Sequence record: OR844650.1
Strand: one strand, 5' to 3'
Length of the DNA: 64,000 bases
Shown here: positions 9,838 through 19,493 of the stretch, in pieces
Layout of the letters: each line of letters opens with the position of its first letter
Position numbering within the stretch: the first letter of the stretch is position 1
Notes under the pieces: generated by a model
The model's input: only the letters and a program-made list of their open reading frames with translations
Database searches by the model: none
Told to the model about the DNA's origin: nothing
Program-made: the position numbers and the translations under genes

Positions 9838-10452
9838 TTATTCATCGTCGTCATCGTCATCTAGATCGATATAGATACTATCATCACCATCATCAAAGTA
9901 CTCCACAATAACTCCTGGAATATTAAGAGCAGTAAACATTGCATCATATTTCTCATCAGATGGAATCAAAACAAATTCATCAATGTTTTGAACTTCTGGC
10001 ATTTTATCTTCGGGGATACCCATATCAACAAGTGACTGAATAATCTTTTCTTTGAATTCTAAAAACTTCTCTTCAGATTCAAAATCCATAATAAGCTGTG
10101 CAACATATCCTTCATCGTTACCGAATGAAATTGACATTTGTGCATCCGTACCGACATAGCACCAAACACGTTTACCTGTGTGCTGCTCAATAAAGTTTTG
10201 AATCTGTAACACAATGTCATGGCGAGAACTGTTAGCAATGTTGTTAAGATTTTCTACACCAGCATTAATTCCAGTACTGTCATTTGTTTCTTCAAATTCA
10301 CCATAATCACCCAATACATACTGTACACCTTCATGATGTAATGCATATGCATAGTCAAGGTCAGCGAGTGAATCGCACTTTCCACGGATCGGACGTAGGG
10401 AAAGACCTAAGCGAAGATAACGGAAATATGTATTAGTATTTGTATTTGTCAA
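9838..10452 (-). CDS. acidic hypothetical protein with poly-Asp tail
   Basis: Probable TTG start at 10452 after GGAG; C-terminus DLDDDDDDE. Confidence 0.7.
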   Translation of the reverse strand: MTNTNTNTYFRYLRLGLSLRPIRGKCDSLADLDYAYALHHEGVQYVLGDYGEFEETNDSTGINAGVENLNNIANSSRHDIVLQIQNFIEQHTGKRVWCYVGTDAQMSISFGNDEGYVAQLIMDFESEEKFLEFKEKIIQSLVDMGIPEDKMPEVQNIDEFVLIPSDEKYDAMFTALNIPGVIVEYFDDGDDSIYIDLDDDDDDE

Positions 10453-10732
10453 CGTAATGCTCCTTAACAATATAAAAGTAGTTGCTGTTATTGTCAAAAA
10501 AGATAACCATCCCTTTATAGACATTTACACCAATTTTGATTTCACATATGTTATTTGATTTACTGGCTTCAGTCAATAACATTTTGTGCTCTTTACTGAA
10601 AGTGTGGAACAGTGGTTTGACATGCCACATTTCGATACCATCCAGTACTGAAAATTTATCACTAAATTTAATCATTGATTCTTGTAAAAAATATCCTGTA
10701 AGATTTATTTCATCACACATGCAAGTTTCCAA
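10433..10732 (-). CDS. hypothetical protein
   Basis: Packed ORF. Confidence 0.6.
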   Translation of the reverse strand: METCMCDEINLTGYFLQESMIKFSDKFSVLDGIEMWHVKPLFHTFSKEHKMLLTEASKSNNICEIKIGVNVYKGMVIFFDNNSNYFYIVKEHYVDKYKY

Positions 10733-11006
10733 GAAAATTAATCACATCTGCATGTGATAATGTATCATTACCTTCTAGTACATTAATGATAAACGGCACT
10801 TGACGATATAGTTCAGCCAGGAATTGAACCTCATCAGATGTGTAAGAATATCCCATAGGAACAACCTGTGCAGTCCAGTTTCCTAGAGTTTTGTTAGCAA
10901 TAATTGCAACTACAGTATTACCTTTGTATTCAACATGGATGGAACGAAATCCTGATTGCTCATTTTGATCCCAAAGTACTGGATTGGTTTTGAACAGTAC
11001 TGACAT
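10713..11006 (-). CDS. hypothetical protein
   Basis: Packed ORF, GAGG RBS. Confidence 0.7.
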   Translation of the reverse strand: MSVLFKTNPVLWDQNEQSGFRSIHVEYKGNTVVAIIANKTLGNWTAQVVPMGYSYTSDEVQFLAELYRQVPFIINVLEGNDTLSHADVINFLGNLHV

Positions 11007-11008
11007 AA

Positions 11009-11542
11009 TTATTTCCTCATGTATTTTATAACGTCTTCAAATAATTGTATTTTTAAGTCCTCGTCATTTCCAGGTAAAAACTCACGAAAACTATCAAAAT
11101 CTTCATTTTTTGCGAAGTTACGCATTTGTGTTGAGCTATATTGACTTACATTACGGTCAATACCTGCTTGAATTGCTTTTATACTACAAAAATTATACAA
11201 CTTACCATTGTACATGTCAAGAGTTTTTTGAAAAGAATCAATACGGTCAGAACCACATATGAAAAGAACATCTAAGTACTTTCCATCCAGTTCTCTCATT
11301 ATATCAAATAGATTGTCTTCTGTGTAGATGTTCTCTTGCACTGAAGGATAGAATCCCTCTGTATAATACATTTTTAGTTCAGGTGGGAGTGGGTTTTTTA
11401 TATTGTCAGTACTGGTGCTTAGATATATTTTTAAATCAGCATTGTACTGTTCTTTCAATTCCAATGCACTGTTGAATACAAACCCATGTCCATTATGTAT
11501 TGGGTTACATCTCATGAATGATAGTATACATGTTTCTTTCAT
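11009..11542 (-). CDS. HxGH-class nucleotidyltransferase (phage cytidylyltransferase-like)
   Basis: R.NPIHNGH, KNPL, GSDR, YNG, SSTQMR match the cytidylyltransferase-like family of T4-like phages. Confidence 0.8.
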   Translation of the reverse strand: MKETCILSFMRCNPIHNGHGFVFNSALELKEQYNADLKIYLSTSTDNIKNPLPPELKMYYTEGFYPSVQENIYTEDNLFDIMRELDGKYLDVLFICGSDRIDSFQKTLDMYNGKLYNFCSIKAIQAGIDRNVSQYSSTQMRNFAKNEDFDSFREFLPGNDEDLKIQLFEDVIKYMRK

Positions 11543-12324
11543 TTAAGGTACTCTCTTACAATTCTCACAACTTCATCCAGCTTATCAATCCCAACAGTTT
11601 CGGTGTATCCACTACCATATTCTTCTTTTGTAAAGAATGTATGATAACCCATACTTTTTATATACTTTTCAATTTCATTAGTATATCCAATATATTCATG
11701 AAGATATAACTCATACTTTTGTTTGGAAGTATTTTCAATATCATATTTTCTGCGAGTGATATCTTTAGAAACACCTAATTTGAAATGGTCTTCAGCTTTC
11801 AGGATATAAAAATAAAGCTCATCATCAGATTTAACATCATGCTTTAAATTATAGGTTGAGCATTCTGGACAACCATAGCCATGAACTTTGAAATTATTAT
11901 AACTGGTAGTGTTCCATATACCATGTGTTGGGCATTCCAAAGATAGTATTGAATCTTTACCAGAAAATTTATGTATGCCATGAAATGTATACATATTTCT
12001 TTCTGAATCATTTGCGATAATTGATTTTACATTTTCACTTATTGATTCTTTGGTATGTTTTTTGCAGCCAACACATACAGGACAACCGACTGTTTGATGT
12101 GTAAAATTACCAATTGTACATTTCCATGTCCCATGTTCAGAACATTCCATTTCACAATAAGTTCCGTGTCCATTCCATTCACCAACAAAGCCATTAAATT
12201 TAATATTTGATAGCTTAGGTGCTTTTAGTTTATCATTTATTCTACTAGCATAAACACGTGGGTGTAGAGCATTTGGTGGTTTTCCTATCATAGAAACTGT
12301 GTTGATATCAATGTATTTTGTCAT
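11539..12324 (-). CDS. putative free-standing homing endonuclease (CxxHG/CPxC Zn repeats + GIY-YIG-like domain)
   Basis: CSEHGTW..GCPVC, CPTHGIW..GCPEC, then YFYIL..FKLGVSKDITRR..GYTE. Confidence 0.7.
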   Translation of the reverse strand: MTKYIDINTVSMIGKPPNALHPRVYASRINDKLKAPKLSNIKFNGFVGEWNGHGTYCEMECSEHGTWKCTIGNFTHQTVGCPVCVGCKKHTKESISENVKSIIANDSERNMYTFHGIHKFSGKDSILSLECPTHGIWNTTSYNNFKVHGYGCPECSTYNLKHDVKSDDELYFYILKAEDHFKLGVSKDITRRKYDIENTSKQKYELYLHEYIGYTNEIEKYIKSMGYHTFFTKEEYGSGYTETVGIDKLDEVVRIVREYLK

Positions 12325-12842
12325 AAATTCTTCATCACCAATCCAAGAGATTTAAGATAATTGATTTTAGCAGTGGTTAAGTACTTATCCAGTACTATCA
12401 GACACGAAGGAAATGGTGCTGAATCTGTTTTCTTCTCTGGTTCTTCTGGGATACCAAATCGTAACCTTCCCTTAATAAAACAAATACAATCACAAACTTT
12501 CGCAGCATAATCCTGAAAGGCTATAGTATCCGTTCTTGATGGTACAAGAATTAATACAGTTGCCCCTTTATTATACGCATCTACTGCTTTAGATAACCAT
12601 GTTTTCAAATCACTATATGGAGGGTTCAACCAAACTATATTCTTTCCCCAATCCTGTGAAAGAGAATCATCATTTGGTGTAAAATAATTCTCACATAATG
12701 CAGTCTCATCAACACAAGCAGCATCAAGCGTAAATCCCCATAACTCATCTAACTCTTCAAAGAAATCTTTTGGAGTTGTCCAGTTATCTTTACCAGTACT
12801 AAAATGTACTGAATGTTTTTTCGAAGCATCCTTCTTCGACAT
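12321..12842 (-). CDS. dam: phage DNA N6-adenine methyltransferase (phage Dam family)
   Basis: WTTP..F..L...GFTLDAA, catalytic NPPY, LVPSRTDT, FIKGRLRF; target site not established. Confidence 0.88.
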   Translation of the reverse strand: MSKKDASKKHSVHFSTGKDNWTTPKDFFEELDELWGFTLDAACVDETALCENYFTPNDDSLSQDWGKNIVWLNPPYSDLKTWLSKAVDAYNKGATVLILVPSRTDTIAFQDYAAKVCDCICFIKGRLRFGIPEEPEKKTDSAPFPSCLIVLDKYLTTAKINYLKSLGLVMKNL

Positions 12843-12858
12843 TATATAATTCCTTTTG

Positions 12859-13401
12859 TTAGAGACAGTTCTGTACTATCTTATCAAAAGTACTACTGTC
12901 AATGTTATATTCATATAAAAATTTAAAATGTGAACCATAACGCATCATCAGATTAAACTCTTCTTCAGTATTAAATTTGTAATCATGAAGAGTTTCAGGG
13001 GTACATGTTAAACCTAAAAACTCAATTATTTCAGATGTTACATCATTTCCTGAATTGAAGTATTTAACCCAAACACATTTTCCTTGTGGGTTGTATTTTC
13101 TATATTCTCCTTCTAGTTCTCCTTTTATAATATGAGCCTTAACACTTATTAAATTATTACTATATCTTTCCTCGAAATAATTACCATACTGTGCTTTTAA
13201 TATTGTTGGTTTTTGTGTAGGAAGTAATTTGACTGAAGTAACTTCAATGCCGTTCTGTAATTCCTTTATATACGAAATGCATCCTTTTTCTTTAAAAACA
13301 ACAAATCCAGTAAAGATATCTTCGTCTTGTGATTGATTAATGCAATCATCAAAATTCAAAGTTTTATAAGTAACAGTTTTTTCTTTTCTAATAAATGCCA
13401 T
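12859..13401 (-). CDS. hypothetical protein with MORN-like repeat and degenerate family A motif
   Basis: GELEGEYRKYNPQGK; TEEEFNLMM; start moved to MAFIRK. Confidence 0.65.
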   Translation of the reverse strand: MAFIRKEKTVTYKTLNFDDCINQSQDEDIFTGFVVFKEKGCISYIKELQNGIEVTSVKLLPTQKPTILKAQYGNYFEERYSNNLISVKAHIIKGELEGEYRKYNPQGKCVWVKYFNSGNDVTSEIIEFLGLTCTPETLHDYKFNTEEEFNLMMRYGSHFKFLYEYNIDSSTFDKIVQNCL

Positions 13402-13509
13402 CATTATTCCTATGGAAACATCAATGAATATACGTGACGTTGATTTCATCAACATCAGTAGAATTACCATGCTACGCATGTCTAATTCTACAAGTACTAT
13501 TTTCTTTTA

Positions 13510-14023
13510 ATTAATATTGACGGGGTTTGCTTGAGCATATTTCATCCCCCCGCAGGGGAAAGAACAAAAAAGTTTGACGCTGGTGGCCTTCACATAGTTC
13601 ATATCACGAATTCTCTTACGAGACGAAAGCGGGTTGCTCTGTTTCTCTCTATCGCGGTTCTTGTAGCAACGGTCGTCGGTCTTAAACATCCCGACACATA
13701 ATACAAATACCATATGACCAGTACTTGTATTTGATTTCACAAAATTTGGACGCAACTATATTGTATAATTCCGACCGCATATTTCTTATGAAATCTCCCT
13801 TAGATAATTGGTAAGGTGCGATCCTTATATGTCTATCGAGGAACTCTCTTTATCCTATTGGAGTTCTTTATACAGCCGCATTGCCGTGAGTGGTTCAAAC
13901 TATGCCATCATCTAACGGGTTTCATCTGCTGTTCGTACTGAAAGGACTACTCATCTACCCTCTACATTTTCGAGTGGATTAGGCTTTTAATCATTTCCTT
14001 ATGGGAACCTTTCAGGATTAAAA
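13510..14023 (-). ncRNA. candidate large structured ncRNA (class unknown)
   Basis: ORF-poor, more GC-rich than flanks, many complementary segments; strand inferred from G-U pairs and an upstream TGnTATAAT. Confidence 0.5.
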
Positions 14024-14054
14024 AAAGGTGACTAACATATTATGTTGTCACCTT
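14021..14054 (-). terminator. rho-independent terminator or 5' hairpin of the ncRNA
   Basis: AAGGTGAC..AACAT / ATGTT..GTCACCTT stem plus T-run on the minus strand. Confidence 0.65.
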
Positions 14055-14082
14055 ATATTATATCATTAACTTATCATTTGTC

Positions 14083-14937
14083 TCAGTTATATTCGGTTTT
14101 TTCTGTGAAATTTGTTAGTATATCAACACTAAAACTTCGAATAACCTCAATCTTGCTTGGCATGAAACGGTGTTTATTTTTAATATACAACTCATCATCT
14201 TCAATAAAAGATGTAAAAATGAATGCCATATCTTCACGTGGAATTTGTAAAATATCACACATTTCATTTGCCGATGCTACTGGTGAATCATTATAGTACT
14301 GAGAGTATGCACTAGATTGGCGACCGATTATAATAGAATTTCTGATTAGAAAATTACTACAGTACTGAAAATCTTTGTAGTACTTTTCAATAATGTACGG
14401 CATAAGTGCTTCTTTCACGTCTTCATACCCATTAGTACTATCAATTGCTATACAGTAATCTTCACGTTCTTTTTTCTCATGATGGTAATCATAAACATAC
14501 TCAAAGAATAAATTTTCATTTAATGAATCATTTAAACCAACTGATCCACTATAGTATGATTTTCTATCATTCATTCGATCATCTGGGCATGATGCATACA
14601 TAGAAGTGTCATGTGATGATGTACCAATATAAATTTTCTTAGTAATATGATTATATGCTATGTAATCATAATCTTGAACTCCAGTTAGCATTAACTGGAA
14701 CATTAAATCATCAGGAACATCAATTAACGGGTACTCAAACTTCGAATATCTACTGCGGCAGAAGTTCTTTTCAAATGCTCGGTATGCGATAAAATCTTTT
14801 AGATTTTTACAAGATTCATGTTCATGAGCACTACTGCTACGTACATTGACATTAGTCGATGTGCAATATCCATCCGAATCTTCGGTGAAGTTACCAGCAT
14901 AATCCTTATTGTAGTCAACGATTAGATAAAGTTTCAT
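14083..14937 (-). CDS. hypothetical protein with family A-like motif
   Basis: PDDLMFQLML; start moved to MKLYL. Confidence 0.7.
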   Translation of the reverse strand: MKLYLIVDYNKDYAGNFTEDSDGYCTSTNVNVRSSSAHEHESCKNLKDFIAYRAFEKNFCRSRYSKFEYPLIDVPDDLMFQLMLTGVQDYDYIAYNHITKKIYIGTSSHDTSMYASCPDDRMNDRKSYYSGSVGLNDSLNENLFFEYVYDYHHEKKEREDYCIAIDSTNGYEDVKEALMPYIIEKYYKDFQYCSNFLIRNSIIIGRQSSAYSQYYNDSPVASANEMCDILQIPREDMAFIFTSFIEDDELYIKNKHRFMPSKIEVIRSFSVDILTNFTEKTEYN

Positions 14938-14949
14938 ACATCTCCAGAC

Positions 14950-14982
14950 AAAAAAAGGACGAGATAACAAATCCCGTCCTTT
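14950..14982 (-). terminator. rho-independent terminator
   Basis: AAAGGACG / CGTCCTTT stem plus T-run. Confidence 0.65.
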
Positions 14983-14988
14983 GGTTTA

Positions 14989-15294
14989 TTAGTGACTTGC
15001 CCAGCAGTAAACAGGACGTAGATTTTCCATTGGATTTACTTCAGGCTTCAGTACTGTTACACGTACTTCATATGGAGTTCCATCTGCATGATGGAATGTT
15101 TCATAATGAATACTTTCAATAAATGTTTCGTATTCTTCTTGTGAACGTGAACGTACTGCTGATGAATATTTCTTCTTAGAATCTGCTTTAAGTGTAACAC
15201 TGACTAGTTCTGATTCCTCACCTTCTTCAAGTTTGTTGAAATCGAACTCTGGTACACCTTCAAACATATCAAATTTCATTCCATTGTCTTCCAT
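14989..15294 (-). CDS. hypothetical protein
   Basis: AAGG RBS, followed by terminator. Confidence 0.7.
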   Translation of the reverse strand: MEDNGMKFDMFEGVPEFDFNKLEEGEESELVSVTLKADSKKKYSSAVRSRSQEEYETFIESIHYETFHHADGTPYEVRVTVLKPEVNPMENLRPVYCWASH

Positions 15295-15343
15295 TTTTAA
15301 ATTCCTTTTATATAATGTTAATTAGATATTTTTAATAAGCAGA

Positions 15344-15730
15344 TTAGATTGTGTTATACTGTAGTGTTCCGTGACGGAATTTTTCAAGTCGTGCTAGGAC
15401 TTCTTTTCGTTCGACAATTTCTGGAACATCTTCTTGTAGTTGATCACAAACTTCAACAATGAAGTCCCAATCACTCTCACAACTTTGTCGTACCGCCTCA
15501 ATTGTTTTCCAATCAGTACTGATATCACCATCAGCATTTTGATATACAGGCCAAACTTTTCCATAATCAGCAATGGATTTGTCATTTAGAATACGAATGG
15601 CATTGAAAATCTGACCAGTACTGAAGTGTTTTGTATTCTTCATATCTTCTAAACAGCATAGCTTTGGCTCACCTTTTACTTCAATGAGTAAAACACCACC
15701 AATTGCTTTTAGGATTGAACTTGTATTCAT
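15344..15730 (-). CDS. hypothetical protein
   Basis: GGAG RBS; TGATATAAT upstream. Confidence 0.75.
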   Translation of the reverse strand: MNTSSILKAIGGVLLIEVKGEPKLCCLEDMKNTKHFSTGQIFNAIRILNDKSIADYGKVWPVYQNADGDISTDWKTIEAVRQSCESDWDFIVEVCDQLQEDVPEIVERKEVLARLEKFRHGTLQYNTI

Positions 15731-15801
15731 CTATATCTCCGTTATCAAAAAAAGATGTGAACATTATATCACAAGAATCTAATATGTTCACATTATTTTC
15801 A

Positions 15802-16095
15802 TTAGATTTTAATAATATTGTACCAGTTATCAAAATCCTCGATTGCTAGAATGAACATATTTTCATCATTAAATTCTAGAATATGTTCATTGTATAAGTA
15901 GCTAATGTACTTATTACTACAGTGTTTGCTATTCATAATTAGCATTTCAACTGCACGTTCATAAGAACAAGGAACAAGGTATAACTTAGTACCATCTTGG
16001 TGAATAATTTCCTCAGCACCATGTGGTATAAAACGTTCTGCTGTATGTGGAATATACGGCTTAGTTTTAAAAATAATTTTGAATTTAGTATCCAT
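15802..16095 (-). CDS. hypothetical protein
   Basis: Packed ORF; DENMFIL is a weak family A echo. Confidence 0.65.
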   Translation of the reverse strand: MDTKFKIIFKTKPYIPHTAERFIPHGAEEIIHQDGTKLYLVPCSYERAVEMLIMNSKHCSNKYISYLYNEHILEFNDENMFILAIEDFDNWYNIIKI

Positions 16096-16111
16096 ACCAA
16101 ATCCTCCAGAT

Positions 16112-16957
16112 TTATAATGTTTCTTTTATGTTATGTAACATAGTATTAACTATGCACATCTTACCACCTAACTTGTAGTAATATTCTAACTTATTAATAA
16201 TATTACTTTTTAATATATCAAATATTTGATATTCATTTGGATCGAAACTAAGTTCGAATTGGAATGTATATAAATTGTTAAAGAGGTGAACTAATGATGC
16301 ATCTGGTGATTCCATTGTAACTGTATATTTTTCACGATAACCAGTACTAATCACTACTTCGGATATATCACCTTTCATGTATATATCAATATTGTACATC
16401 ATTGGTCTGCCTGTGGCAATATCTTTCATGCGAAAGAATGCAGTGCTACGATATACAATGCCTTCTGAAACCTGTTCTTGTATAGTGATATTTGAAACTT
16501 CACTCTCTTGGAATTTGGACTCGAATGAATGAGTGTAATTTGTTTTTTCATTATCCGTGTGCATAGTACATGTGTATTTTCCAAAATCATCTCTAGATGT
16601 ATATGATTTATCACTGCTAGTTTTATAGAACGAAACACCATTGATATGTTGTTCTTTATACATCATCGTGTCATGGGATTTGTAGTATGAACAATTAGGT
16701 GTTGCAAGAGATTCAAAATTGTTCACATCATGACAGTAAGAAATAGAAGAATCGCTATACAGTACTACATCACGAATTGCAACTTCTTTTGAAGTACCTT
16801 TTTTGACAGAAATTTGAAAGTCATTGCATGGGAAGATTCTATATCCATCGTATGTATCTGATGTACTGATACCAAATGGTGTTGGGGAATTCAGAAATTC
16901 GTTGATATGTTCAAGTACTGAATACTTTTTGAAATTACGAAAATCTGTTGTATCCAT
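16112..16957 (-). CDS. hypothetical protein
   Basis: 281-aa ORF, AGGAG RBS. Confidence 0.75.
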   Translation of the reverse strand: MDTTDFRNFKKYSVLEHINEFLNSPTPFGISTSDTYDGYRIFPCNDFQISVKKGTSKEVAIRDVVLYSDSSISYCHDVNNFESLATPNCSYYKSHDTMMYKEQHINGVSFYKTSSDKSYTSRDDFGKYTCTMHTDNEKTNYTHSFESKFQESEVSNITIQEQVSEGIVYRSTAFFRMKDIATGRPMMYNIDIYMKGDISEVVISTGYREKYTVTMESPDASLVHLFNNLYTFQFELSFDPNEYQIFDILKSNIINKLEYYYKLGGKMCIVNTMLHNIKETL

Positions 16958-16990
16958 AGTAATACAATCTCCTAAATTTCGGATAAAAAA

Positions 16991-17122
16991 TTAGTCGAGA
17001 ATAAATCTCGACTTGTGTTTTACTTTACCATTCTTCATTGCTTTTTTACGGTCCACATGTGTTTGAGGTTTATTAAACTCATTCATATGCTTTTGTACAA
17101 AGTTGTTTACATTTTTAGCCAT
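16991..17122 (-). CDS. small basic protein (43 aa, not in ORF track)
   Basis: MAKNVNNFVQKHMNEFNKPQTHVDRKKAMKNGKVKHK; GGAG RBS; terminator-like hairpin AGTCGAGA/TCTCGACT at its end. Confidence 0.6.
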   Translation of the reverse strand: MAKNVNNFVQKHMNEFNKPQTHVDRKKAMKNGKVKHKSRFILD

Positions 17123-17124
17123 AC

Positions 17125-17598
17125 TTACTCCAAATCGGGATCTTTAACTGTTAGGCTTTCAATATCACTTGCGTAAAGAACTACATTAGTTTGTGTCTCT
17201 GATACTTTAAAATCATGATAACTATCTTTCACTTTAAAATTATCCAAAATAAACCCTTTACTACAACACATCATGATTTTATCATCTTTGATAGTGTATG
17301 TATTCTTTTTCTTACGTACTTCAGATTGTGGGGTAATATTATCATTGTTACGAATAACACAATCAATGTACTCGTCATTTGTACTCATAGGCATACCCAT
17401 GATAAACGAATTACTAGTACTGATTGTTAGTATAAAAACATTAGTATTTGGATTGTGAAAGAAGTCGTGCATAGTTTTACTGCATAAAAACAAGCACTGA
17501 ATTATGTCCTTTACATTAAACATTATATCATGAACTTTGAATGCGTCCAACTCTAAAATGTCATCAATTTTCCCATTTTCAACAGTTTTAATCTCCAT
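17125..17598 (-). CDS. hypothetical protein
   Basis: AAGG RBS. Confidence 0.7.
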   Translation of the reverse strand: MEIKTVENGKIDDILELDAFKVHDIMFNVKDIIQCLFLCSKTMHDFFHNPNTNVFILTISTSNSFIMGMPMSTNDEYIDCVIRNNDNITPQSEVRKKKNTYTIKDDKIMMCCSKGFILDNFKVKDSYHDFKVSETQTNVVLYASDIESLTVKDPDLE

Positions 17599-17640
17599 GA
17601 TCTATCCTTGATCTTCTAATGCACTCCATGTGCGTTTTTA

Positions 17641-18138
17641 TTAAGTCACTGCATTATACTTCTCTATAGCATTAGTAATATTTAATATAGCTTCAGGAAC
17701 CATTTCTTTATTGTATTCACGTTTTAAATTTTCCATTTTCTTAATAATTTCCAAGAAAAATGGCAAAATACATGAAGTATCTGTAAAATTACATGAGTAC
17801 AAAGTACTCATTTGAAATAATTCACCTGAATCAATATTAAGAGTATTGTATTCCTTAACAATGTTTTCGTTTGAATTGAAAATGTGAAATACTGTTCCCA
17901 TGTGATGAAGATATACACCATTCTCATTTTGAATATTGCATGGTGTGATTACAATAGCAGTGTTGTCAATATTATTTACTATTGATAAACGTAGACTATG
18001 TAAACCTAAAATAACAGTACAATCACTTGAACTGCTTTGAATTTGGTCAGCAGTTTGTGTAACACTTGTAATATTTTCCCCATCAAGACAACTCTTGATT
18101 TTATCAAATGAATTTTTCATTGATTTAGTTAGATACAT
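17641..18138 (-). CDS. family A protein
   Basis: SGELFQMSTLY. Confidence 0.75.
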   Translation of the reverse strand: MYLTKSMKNSFDKIKSCLDGENITSVTQTADQIQSSSSDCTVILGLHSLRLSIVNNIDNTAIVITPCNIQNENGVYLHHMGTVFHIFNSNENIVKEYNTLNIDSGELFQMSTLYSCNFTDTSCILPFFLEIIKKMENLKREYNKEMVPEAILNITNAIEKYNAVT

Positions 18139-18542
18139 TTATGAACACCTTCGAAATATTTGATTAATGATTTTATCATATCGCTACTAATGCCATGTAA
18201 GTCAACACCTAAACACTCGTATTGAAAAAAATCAATATCCTCCAGTGTGTTTAGATCAATTTCCACCTTATCATGACCCAACGAATTCATAATAACATTT
18301 TTATCATTAATTGTCAAGAAAGTTTTTTTATTTGAACCTAAAAAGATTTTTACATGTTTTTTTGGCATTACATCATAAGATAAAGATTGTGAACCATAAA
18401 TGTATATGCCTTCCATTGAACCAATATCTATAAAATATAGACGAATCCCTTTGTGGTATTTTGACTCCTTAGTCATCGCCTCTATTAGTTCATCTGTGGT
18501 TGTTAACCTTGTTTCTTTCTTCTCTAAATTGCTCAAATGCAT
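18129..18542 (-). CDS. family A protein
   Basis: DIDFFQYECL. Confidence 0.7.
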   Translation of the reverse strand: MHLSNLEKKETRLTTTDELIEAMTKESKYHKGIRLYFIDIGSMEGIYIYGSQSLSYDVMPKKHVKIFLGSNKKTFLTINDKNVIMNSLGHDKVEIDLNTLEDIDFFQYECLGVDLHGISSDMIKSLIKYFEGVHKCI

Positions 18543-18963
18543 AAAATAATACCTTGATCATTTGTAATGTTTCTGACATTACATCAGCAGAAAATTGAAC
18601 ATCAGTGTATTTTACCATAGTACTTTGAGTAAAGAAAGTAGCTTCAATATCTTCAAGGTCAAATGGCTCATCAAATAAATTAGTACTGAACATATCAGTT
18701 TTTTTCTTATAAGTCAACATAAACTTAGCACTGTATCTCAATACAATTTCATCTTTACTTACTAAAATTCGTGCAATGTTCTGTCTACCCAGTGTTGTAA
18801 TGTTAACATTAAACGTATTCTTTCGTGCCTCAACAATATCAACGAAATAACCATCACCTTGGTAAACGTTATGACGAACTTCTAATCCTTGTTGAACTGT
18901 ATTGAACAGTGCGTCCTGGATAAAATAATTTGCAGTATCGATGTTTCCTAAAATATCTAACAT
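18490..18963 (-). CDS. family A protein (degenerate)
   Basis: EATFFTQSTM. Confidence 0.7.
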   Translation of the reverse strand: MLDILGNIDTANYFIQDALFNTVQQGLEVRHNVYQGDGYFVDIVEARKNTFNVNITTLGRQNIARILVSKDEIVLRYSAKFMLTYKKKTDMFSTNLFDEPFDLEDIEATFFTQSTMVKYTDVQFSADVMSETLQMIKVLFYAFEQFREERNKVNNHR

Positions 18964-19493
18964 AACTTCTCCTTTATAGCTGTCATATTTAGAAGAAATT
19001 CAGTAAGCAATTCCTCCGTAACATGCTCTGTATACCAGAATATCACAATATCTTTTGAAAGTCGTGTATTCATAAAAATATCTACTAACTCTTTGTAGAA
19101 CTCTAGTGTTTCGAGATTTGTGAGAATTAACGAGTACTGAAAGAGTAATTCTTCCGTTAGATTAAATTCTGGATAAAGTAAATCATTGAACTCATGTGAT
19201 GCAGTTTGAACTTTAATTTCTTTGAAGTTATTGGTTATACAACCGGAATAAATATTTCTGTGCAACTCTCTGTACAACGCAGCATAATCTATGAATTTTG
19301 CTTTAGGGTTAAAATCAAGAACACTTTCACCTTTATATGACAATCGGTGGAACGCCGAGAACATAGTCACTTCCCACGGTTGCTTAATATCTAGCTCAGT
19401 GATATCAATATTATTGGACAGAAGAACCGTAAAAATCTCACCAATCTTTAATAGTAATTTTGTACGTGCCAGTGCTACCATCGGTTCAGACAT
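18957..19493 (-). CDS. family A protein
   Basis: EELLFQYSLI. Confidence 0.75.
   Translation of the reverse strand: MSEPMVALARTKLLLKIGEIFTVLLSNNIDITELDIKQPWEVTMFSAFHRLSYKGESVLDFNPKAKFIDYAALYRELHRNIYSGCITNNFKEIKVQTASHEFNDLLYPEFNLTEELLFQYSLILTNLETLEFYKELVDIFMNTRLSKDIVIFWYTEHVTEELLTEFLLNMTAIKEKLC

Noticed and set aside
13507-13755. 82-aa ORF inside the structured region
   Set aside because: No clear RBS, atypical composition, and it coincides with the stems; treated as non-coding pending data
13510-14023. Identification as tmRNA, RNase P RNA or a group I/II intron
   Set aside because: A CCACCA is present but there is no T-arm or GGGG acceptor pairing; GAGUAGUCC and AACAGAGCAACCCGCUU only loosely resemble RNase P CR-I/CR-V; no correctly ordered P7 GACUA/UAGUC pair or domain V; not inside an interrupted gene
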